Part shown: one piece after another, positions 1 through 7,400 of the stretch
Layout: each line of letters begins with the position of its first letter
Numbering within the stretch: position 1 is the stretch's first letter
NCBI GenBank assembly: GCA_026387835.1
Contig: JAPLKZ010000001.1
Location: forward strand, 1 to 21,841
Direction of reading: 5' to 3'
DNA length: 21,841 nucleotides
DNA from: Candidatus Saganbacteria bacterium
Lineage (GTDB): Bacteria > Margulisbacteria > WOR-1 > JAKLHX01
Program-made: the position numbers and the translations under genes
The notes under the pieces: model-generated
Seen by the model: only the letters and a program-made list of their open reading frames with translations
What the model was told of the DNA's origin: nothing
Database searches by the model: none

Positions 1-210
1 GATCAGCTTACGAGAATGATGGATGATATACGCGGTGAGATAGACAAGCCAGCAGACAAGAGGGATATACCCAATCTTGACGCTGTGTTGGGCGAAGTGC
101 TGGATTCATGCAGGGAGCAGATACTGGAGATAGAGTCATGGAGGCCATCGAGATATGAGGCGTTGGAACTCGTCGATGTTCTCAGCTCCGCTGAGTCGGG
201 GAAGCACTGA
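1..210 (+). CDS. 3' end of a hypothetical protein (reading frame open at window start; ATG at 16 is an alternative start)
   Basis: Frame 1 is open from base 1 (gat cag ctt acg aga atg atg...) to TGA at 208-210. No recognisable motif. The stop lies 1 nt before the ATG at 212 of the next gene, suggesting coupling. Confidence 0.35.
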   Translation, partial: DQLTRMMDDIRGEIDKPADKRDIPNLDAVLGEVLDSCREQILEIESWRPSRYEALELVDVLSSAESGKH

Positions 211-211
211 A

Positions 212-508
212 ATGACAGCGGATGAATTAGCATCAAGGCAGAGAAAAGCTATGTCCTTGAGTGTTACTGTGGTTGAGGATGGATATTCAGTGCCATCTTC
301 AAATGGCGGGGAGTATATTGTATCTTATGCGGATGATGGAAGACTTGTCTGTAAATGTGTGGATTTCGTCATACACAAAGCCGATTTGGATTGGCAGTGC
401 AAGCACATCCTTGCAGTCACCCTATTCCAGCAGAGAAGCAATATATCCCATCCATCACCGATCAGACCGATCAAGAGGACAAGGTATGACGTTATCGATC
501 TGGGTTAG
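212..508 (+). CDS. small SWIM-type zinc-finger protein
   Basis: The peptide contains CKCVDFVIHKADLDWQCKH, which fits the SWIM CxCxnCxH signature. The ORF track starts it at ATG 155, overlapping the upstream ORF by 56 nt. ATG 212 is in the same frame, 1 nt after the upstream stop, with ggggaag upstream, so I prefer it. Confidence 0.55.
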   Translation: MTADELASRQRKAMSLSVTVVEDGYSVPSSNGGEYIVSYADDGRLVCKCVDFVIHKADLDWQCKHILAVTLFQQRSNISHPSPIRPIKRTRYDVIDLG

Positions 509-534
509 ATATAAAAAAGCGAGGTGATGAAAGA

Positions 535-744
535 TTGAGAGAGGAGAAGATACGGATAATTATTATGCCAGATGGCAGCAGCTTAGTGGAAGTGCTGGGC
601 GTCAAAGGCAAACGGTGCCTCAAGATAACTGAGGAGTTGGAAGGGGAGTTGGGCAATGTCACAGAGAGGAAAGCGAAAGCGGATATGCAGGAAAAAGAAA
701 ACACTGTCGTTACCAATCAGCAGCAGAATTTACATAGACGATGA
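535..744 (+). CDS. DUF2997-like small protein
   Basis: 69 aa. IRIIIMPDGSSLVEVLGVKGKRCLKITEELEGELG resembles the DUF2997 pattern as I recall it (I.PDG.V...V.G..G..C...T..LE..LG). TTG start with a strong SD (gaggtg, 521-526) 8 nt upstream. Confidence 0.5.
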   Translation: MREEKIRIIIMPDGSSLVEVLGVKGKRCLKITEELEGELGNVTERKAKADMQEKENTVVTNQQQNLHRR

Positions 745-1379
745 CAGTGCGTCAAGATAACTAATATTGCAATGCCAAGAATATGGCTATTCTCTAATCC
801 TAATAGTGAATAAGGAGAACCAGATGGGCAAGGGAGAATGAGTAATAACTTGTCCAAAGCTCTGGTGAAAAGGCAGATAAGGGGCAAACGTTGAATGTCA
901 CCAAGACGGTCTGCTTACCTGTGATTGGAAATGGCTAAGGTGAGGTCGTGCGAACTTGAATCCGTGTTTGAAATCTCGTGATCTATGAACATCTCAAAAC
1001 AACGATATGGGATGTAGTAAAAAAGGTAATCCTTAATGCCGTCATGTAAGGATGAAAATCATATTCCCGAATGATGAAGCCTCTGGTTAAATTAGGATAT
1101 AAACCATGCTCTTTTTACGAGGGCGTAAAGAACGTAAAGATTAGAATCAAATCAATAAGACTCTATCCCTAAAACGGGGTGTAGCGGAAGCCTAAAACCA
1201 ATCGAAACAGTGCAATATTGGAACTTGAGAACTTCACATCTCGGTCAGAAATGACTGGATTAACTGCAATTGATGTGAGATGTGAAGGGCGGAAGATTCG
1301 TAGTAGTCTGAAGTATGGAAAGCATACTACAAGGCAAAGGAATCTAGCTAATCTAAAATTCTAAAAGGAAGTAGGGAGT

Positions 1380-2318
1380 ATGTTAGACATAGCCCAAAAA
1401 CAAAAGAATTTGGCTCTTAAAGCTAAAGAAAGACCAAAAGAAAGAATTGGTGGACTTTATTCCCTTATAAGTCAAAAAGAATGGATAATACAGTCCTTGT
1501 GGAATGTGCTACAAAATAGTGGTGCAAAAACAGAGGGTGTTGATGGAAAGGTAAAAGAAACGTATTACGATACAGCAAGACAATCACCAACACCTCAAGG
1601 AATAAAATTGGTAGAGGAAATATGTAGAGAATTGAATGAAAATCTATATAAACCCCAACCTGTGAAACGTATATACATTCCAAAAGCTAATGGGAAAATG
1701 AGACCTATCGGAATTCCAACCATCAAAGACCGAGTGGTGCAAGAAGCAATCAGAATGGTATTAGAACCAATATATGAGTCTGATTTTCTTGGTTGTTCAT
1801 ACGGATTCAGACCAAACAGAAATACGATGGATGCCATCTCAAACTGTTATAGGATGATGAACATACGACCTAAATACTACTGGGTCATTGAAGGTGATAT
1901 AAAAGGATGTTTTGATAATATTGATCACAAAATATTAATGAAACTCATCAAAAATCGGATCGCCGATAGAAAATTAGCGGATACAATTTACAAGTGTCTC
2001 AAAGCGGGTTACCAAGAGGATAATGGGCAAATATGTAAACCCAATGTGGGAACACCACAAGGTGGAATCATATCGCCATTACTAGCAAACATATACTTGT
2101 ATGAAATGGATAAATGGTGGGAACAAAACTACCACCTAAGCAAAAACAAAAGGACAACCCGCAGAAATAGAGGGCTAGGGAACTTCTACCTAATCCGCTA
2201 TGCAGATGATTTCATCATCCTTAGCAACGGAAAGAAAGAGGAAGTTTATAGATTCAAAGAGGAACTATTCAATTTCCTAAAAACAATGAAGCTAGAACTC
2301 TCAGAGGAAAAGACCTGA
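1380..2318 (+). pseudogene. group II intron reverse transcriptase, N-terminal fragment (RT domains 0-6, ends prematurely)
   Basis: Motifs present: MRPIGIPTIKDRVVQ, YGFRPNR, IEGDIKGCFDNIDH, GTPQGGIISPLLANIYL and RYADDFIIL. The ORF stops right after LELSEEKT, where RT7 and the thumb/X domain should follow. Confidence 0.85.
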
Positions 2319-3125
2319 ACTGATCGAAACCTTGAAAAAATTGGACAGAGAATCCAAAAAGCTACAACCAATGGACTTCTACGATGAGAGTTACAGAAGA
2401 CTGAGATATTGTCGCTATGCAGATGACTTCATACTTGGCGTCGTCGGAACGAAAGATGAAGCAAGAGAGATCATGGAGAATGTCAGGAATTTCTTGAATT
2501 CAGAACTAAATCTCCGAACCGCAAGCGATAAGACAGGCATTAGCTCAGGTAAGGAAGGCACACAATTCCTGAGTTATAGTATCTCCATGTATAGCACCGA
2601 TAAGCTGGTGCGTATAAAGGTGAAAGGGAGATACATAAAGCGAAGGACAGTCTCTAACCGAGTATCTCTCAGAGTGCCAGATGGTAAAGCACAGAATTTC
2701 TGTCAACGATATGGCTATGGTAATTGGCAAACCAATAAGCCTACCCATAGCCAATACTGTATCAATCTTCTGACTTGGAGATTATCAGCACGTATAACGC
2801 AGAGCTAAGAGGATTGGCTAACTATTATTGTCTTGCTAATGATGTTAAAATGAAGCTAGGAAAATTGGAATATATTTGCAATTACAGCTTATTCCATACA
2901 CTTGCCGCAAGACATAATACCAAAAAGTCAACAATCCTGAGAAAGCTCAAAAGAGGGAATGAGTATGTTCACCGATACGATGTTAAAGGTGAACAGCGTG
3001 AGATCAAAGTTTTCAGGCTCAAACATATAGATAGAAAGCCAATAATGTGGAATGTCGACGAAGAACCCAATCCTCTATGTCTGAAATCAACCAGAAATGA
3101 ACTGGTGAAAAGGTTAAACTATTAG
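2296..3125 (+). pseudogene. second, LtrA-like RT (domains 4-end to 7) plus maturase X-domain fragment, frameshifted
   Basis: LKKLDRES...RYCRYADDFILGV gives a second YADD motif. Next come DKTGISSGKEGTQFLSYSI (RT6/7) and, in another frame, SSDLEIISTYNAELRGLANYY (X domain). The frames switch between 2751 and 2775 (ORF-track pieces 2332..2808 and 2775..3125). No En or DNA-binding tail. Confidence 0.8.
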
Positions 3126-3226
3126 GGAACACGTGCCCTACTCTGTTACTATCCAATCTGCTTATATCCACAACTCATGACCCGCTTGCAGGTCTGCTTG
3201 GCTCAAACACAGATGGGAAGATATAC

Positions 3227-4207
3227 TTGGCAGCGACAGACCTTGAGATCGGTATACGGGTTTCCGTAGATGGTCAGGTGACAGAGGGTGGCCCTATTAC
3301 AATACCAGCAAAGAAATTCGCTGCGATGGTGAAGGAGATGACGGATTCTGAGATACACCTGGTGACAATGCCGGAAGATAAGATAAGCATTACTTGTGGT
3401 TCAGCGAGGTTCAAGATAGCTGGATTACCCGCTGATGAGTTCCCTCCGTTAATAAATGAAAAAGATAATGATAAGAAGCTATCTTTTGTCTCTATGGACT
3501 CCAACGTATTGCTGACTATGATCCAGCAAACGTCATTCGCCGCTTCGAGAGAAGAAACGAGGCATTTCCTGAATGGCGTTCACATCAGCCTGAAAGAAAT
3601 ACTGGTAAAGATGGCAGCGACTGATGGCAAGAGATTGGCTGTGGCTACCGCAAACTTGGATGATGCAACTACGGAAGAGAAACAAGGTATAATACCTACC
3701 AAGGCAGTGGAGCGTCTCAAGGAGATGCTAACATACACTGTTATTGTGAAGATATGTTTGGACAATAGCCGCATAATCTTTGATATGGGTGATATTACAC
3801 TTGTTTCAAGGCTTATCGAGGGTGAGTATCCCGATTATGAAAAAGTGATACCAGTAGAGAACGGCATAAGGCTGACTATGGATACACAGCGACTGCTTTC
3901 CATAATTAAACGAATTGGGACGATGGCTAACCCAAAGACACCGGGTTTGACGATGGAGACTACAGGCGACATCCTAAAGGTGAAAGCATCAACACTGGAA
4001 TATGGCGAGGGCTGTGAGGAAACGCAAATAAAGAAGGAAGGCGACGACATAAGCATTGGACTCAATGCTCAGTATCTAATGGACATCCTGAAAGCCACTG
4101 ACAGAGATGAAGTGGTGTTTAGCATGAGTGATCCACTCAAGCCTATCCTGATGAAACCAGTCGGCAACGATGGCTATGTCTGTGTGATCATGCCGATGAG
4201 GTTATAG
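3227..4207 (+). CDS. dnaN: DNA polymerase III beta sliding clamp, 5'-truncated (homology extends upstream to about 3134 with no start codon)
   Basis: ATDLEIGIRV, TIPAKKF, RHFLNGV, ATDGKRLA, GEYPDYEKVIP and the C-terminal YVCVIMPMRL match the DnaN pattern (E. coli ends YVVMPMRL). The upstream in-frame peptide CPTLLLSNLLI aligns to E. coli RPTLPILGNLLL (about residue 25). No ATG/GTG/TTG occurs between the stop at 3098-3100 and TTG 3227. Confidence 0.8.
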   Translation: MAATDLEIGIRVSVDGQVTEGGPITIPAKKFAAMVKEMTDSEIHLVTMPEDKISITCGSARFKIAGLPADEFPPLINEKDNDKKLSFVSMDSNVLLTMIQQTSFAASREETRHFLNGVHISLKEILVKMAATDGKRLAVATANLDDATTEEKQGIIPTKAVERLKEMLTYTVIVKICLDNSRIIFDMGDITLVSRLIEGEYPDYEKVIPVENGIRLTMDTQRLLSIIKRIGTMANPKTPGLTMETTGDILKVKASTLEYGEGCEETQIKKEGDDISIGLNAQYLMDILKATDRDEVVFSMSDPLKPILMKPVGNDGYVCVIMPMRL

Positions 4208-4278
4208 CCCTTTAATATAGCTCATTAACAAATGCGGAAGGCTTTAATTCGAAAGCCTTTAGCTAAAGAATTTATATA

Positions 4279-4313
4279 GCGTCAATGACCTGAGTGTTAT
4301 TGACGCTTTTTTT
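4279..4313 (+). terminator. rho-independent terminator downstream of dnaN
   Basis: A 9-bp stem agcgtcaat (4278-4286) / attgacgct (4299-4307) with a 12-nt loop, running into a 7-T tract (4307-4313). Confidence 0.65.
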
Positions 4314-4367
4314 ATTGCTTATGACTGCATAAAAATCTGACGCATTCTCTTATGTCAAATTTTTCTA

Positions 4368-4396
4368 TTGACAGTCTCACATACGAGATTTACAAT
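4368..4396 (+). promoter_or_regulatory. near-consensus sigma70-type promoter for the paralog array
   Basis: TTGACA (4368-4373), an exactly 17-nt spacer, then TACAAT (4391-4396). It sits in an AT-rich intergenic region about 84 nt upstream of ATG 4480. Confidence 0.6.
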
Positions 4397-4479
4397 TTGT
4401 GAAGAATAGATCCTTATGGATTAGATATAAGACAATAAATCATAATAGCTGATTATTTTAGGTGAGAAAGAGAATCATA

Positions 4480-7400
4480 ATGCAATGCCCAAAGTGTAAG
4501 CACGATAATCGAGAAGGCAGGAAGTTTTGTGCCAAATGCGGCGCCAAAATGGGATGGGTATGTCCAAAGTGTGGCTTTGAAAATGAAGCAGATGAGCTGT
4601 TCTGTGGTGAATGTGGAACTAAGCTTGGAGAATTTCAACCACCAATACAACCTACTATTCCCAAACTAGAGGACATGCAAAGCAGACTATACATCCCGGA
4701 GCCGCTCAGGAAGCGAATGGACTCAGCTATGCAGGAAATGGAGGGTGAGAATCGTCTCATTACTACACTCTTCGCTGATATATCGGGCTTTACCCAACTA
4801 TCGCAGGAACTATCACCAGAGGATATAGTAGAGAAGGTCAACCAGTGTTTCCAAGCGATAACTGACGCCATCTATCGCTGTGAAGGCAATATCAATCGTT
4901 TCATTGGTGACTGCGTATTAGCGTTCTTCGGCGCTCCACTTACCCATGAGGATGACCCGTATCGTGCTGTCATGTCTGGACTGGATATGATAAGTGCAGT
5001 ATCCAATATTGGTCTGAATATCAAGGTTGGCATCAACACTGGCATGATGTACTTCGGTCCCATCGGCACACAGGAACACAGTGAGATCAGTGCTTATGGT
5101 GAAGATATAAACCTTGCTAAACGCCTACAAGAGTCTGCACAGCCCGGTCAGGTCATCGTGGGAGAGAGGACACACCGATACACCCGCAAAGCCTTCGAAT
5201 TTGAGCAATTGCCACCATTGGAACTTAAAGGCATAAAGAAACCCATATCAGCATATATAGCCATCAAGCAGTTGTCAAAGCCAGAGAAGATAAGGGGTAT
5301 AGAAGGCTTGAGAGCAGAGATGATAGGTCGTGATGAGGAACTTGGTAAACTCAAAGAATCGCTTGATGACGTGATACATGGTCGTGGTCAGATGGTATCA
5401 ATCATAGGCGAAGCTGGAGTCGGTAAGTCACGTCTGGTAACTGAACTGAAGAAGCTTGCTCTTAACACTGATAATTCAGGTCCATTATGGTTAGAAGGTC
5501 GCTGTCTTTCATTGGGAGTGACAGCAAGCTACTGGGCATTTATAGACATATTCAGAGAATACTTCGGATGGGGAACTGATGAATCAGACACTACAAGGGC
5601 AGAGAGTATAGTCTCATGCTTGAAGGATATAGTATCTCAAGGTGATATGACGGAGGATCGCTATGATGAGATAGGACCAATGCTAGGGAATTTGTTATCT
5701 GTCAAGTTTGGCAATGACTGGGACGATAGGCTTAAAACCGCAGACCCACAGCAGATCAAGCACAGGACGTTCATGGCAGTTAGAGATTTCTTCATCGCTC
5801 TTTGTAAACGCCAACCTGTTATACTGGTGTTTGAGGATTTGCACTGGGCAGACAGCCTATCGCTTGATTTGATCTCATTGCTTATGGAAGCGTTAACGCT
5901 TGCACCTTTATTCTTAGTATGCGTGTATCGTCCGGAAAAAGAGCATAAGTCATGGCATCTAGGAACGATAGCATCACAGAAATGCTCGGAGAGATACACA
6001 GAGATCCATCTTAGAGAACTAACACATCAGCAAAGCCAAAGGCTAATAGAGTCATTACTAAGAATTGAGGACTTGCCGGTATCTGTTAAGGAAATGATAT
6101 TGAGTAAGTCACAGGGCAACCCATTCTTCGTAGAGGAAGTCATCCGTTCATTGATAGAGATGGGAATGGTATACAGAGAGAACGACAAGTGGTTCGCAAG
6201 GGCAGGCATAGAGTCAATCGCCGTTCCAGAGAGTATTCAAAGCGTAATACTGAGTCGTATAGACAGGCTGGAAGATGAGTTACGGCATATCCTTCAGAGC
6301 GCATCGGTCATAGGGTGTTTATTCCGTAGAAACCTTCTTGAGAGAGTGACACAGCAGGAATCAGAATTGGAGCGTGACTTATGGGATTTAGAAGATCATG
6401 AGCTAATCTATCAAGAAAGAATAGTTCCAGAGGAGGAGTATTCATTCAAGCATGCCTTCACACAGGAAACGGTGTATGGAAGTATCCTATCACGCAGGCG
6501 TTCAGCGTTCCATCAGCAGGTGGCGGAAGCTATGGAACTGTTATATGGAGACAGCCTAAGCGAATATTATGAGCAGTTGGCATATCATTATGACAGGAGC
6601 AGTAATGCAGAGAAAGCAGTGGAATATCTGTTGAAGGCTGGTGAGAAGTCACGGGAAGCATACTTGAATGATGATGCTATCAGGTATTTCCAGTGTGCAT
6701 TAGAGCGACTTAATACTTCTAAGTTGAGTGAGTCAAGAAAGGATTTGAAATTATCCGCACTCAAAGACTTGGGACAGGTCTGCTTTGGAACTGGAAAACT
6801 TATAGAAGCTGAGAATTTCTTCCGACAAGCGATCTCTTTAGGGAAAGAAATGGATTTAGCTATCCGTGAATTAGTGCGGATTTATTATTGTTTAGGGGAT
6901 GTATTTTATTATCAAAGCCGATATGATGAAATGCTTCATATAGGAGAAGATGGATTAGCACTTTTGGGTGATGACACGGAATCTGTGGAATCTGCTTTGA
7001 TGAATGATACTATAGCACAAGGTTATGATTCCAAAGGAGATAATAAAAAATATCAGGAATTTATGTTACGGGACGTGCAACTCATTCAAAGATTACCCTA
7101 TTCGGTGGAAATTGTTGGTATTTATTCTCACATTGCTGAAATGTATTCAAATTATGGAAATTTGGAAGATACAATGAAATGGTTACAAATCCAAGAACAG
7201 AAAGGGATACAATATCATGATTTGAGAGTATTGGCTGAGATGCACTTATTTACAAGTTTCACCATTTCTGAAAAAAAAGGTGATTTTCGTGATGGTATTT
7301 CACACCTTCAATATAGCTTGGAACTATTCACTAAAATAGGGGATGTTAAACAAATAGGCACTTCTTTTACTATTATGGGATATTATTTCTTACAGCTTGG

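Larger units (their letters stand above)
747..3125 (+). mobile_element. degenerate, chimeric group II intron remnant (5' ribozyme-like region plus two RT/maturase fragments; domains V/VI not detected)
   Basis: GTGCG (the group II 5' consensus GUGYG) lies at 747-751. About 630 nt of non-coding sequence precede the RT ORF, a typical domain I-III length. Structured-RNA signs include a perfect 11-bp stem (1232-1242 cttcacatctc / 1277-1287 gagatgtgaag) enclosing a gtca-GAAA-tgac tetraloop hairpin (1244-1255). ttcgtagtagtctgaag (1297-1313) resembles, from memory, the conserved domain II/III junction region of Ll.LtrB-type introns. RT and X-domain motifs follow. I could not find a domain V-like hairpin (AGC triad plus GNRA loop) between 3126 and 3226. 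Confidence 0.7.

Noticed and set aside
1380-2318. Stand-alone defence-type RT (retron, Abi/UG or group-II-like RT) because the ORF lacks a maturase domain
   Set aside because: The ORF stops exactly mid-RT (after RT6). It is preceded by ribozyme-like RNA and followed by a second RT/X fragment, so truncation of an intron ORF is the simpler explanation.
1380-3125. Diversity-generating retroelement (an RT next to genes with variable lectin-like C-termini)
   Set aside because: The RT motifs are of group II intron type (QGGIISP, YADD, maturase X domain YNAELRGLANYY), and a GTGCG-led structured RNA lies upstream. I saw no template repeat near the RT matching the 3' ends of the paralogs, and no adenine-specific mismatch pattern.
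4238-4259. Hairpin aaggcttt/aaagcctt after dnaN as a terminator
   Set aside because: It is a perfect 8-bp inverted repeat but AT-rich and not followed by a T tract. The hairpin at 4278-4313 is the more credible terminator.
4462-4479. GTG 4462 as the start of paralog 1 (ORF-track start)
   Set aside because: All five paralogs begin M[QKR]C[PL]KC directly at the first zinc knuckle. ATG 4480 restores this pattern and leaves ggtgagaaagag as the SD region.
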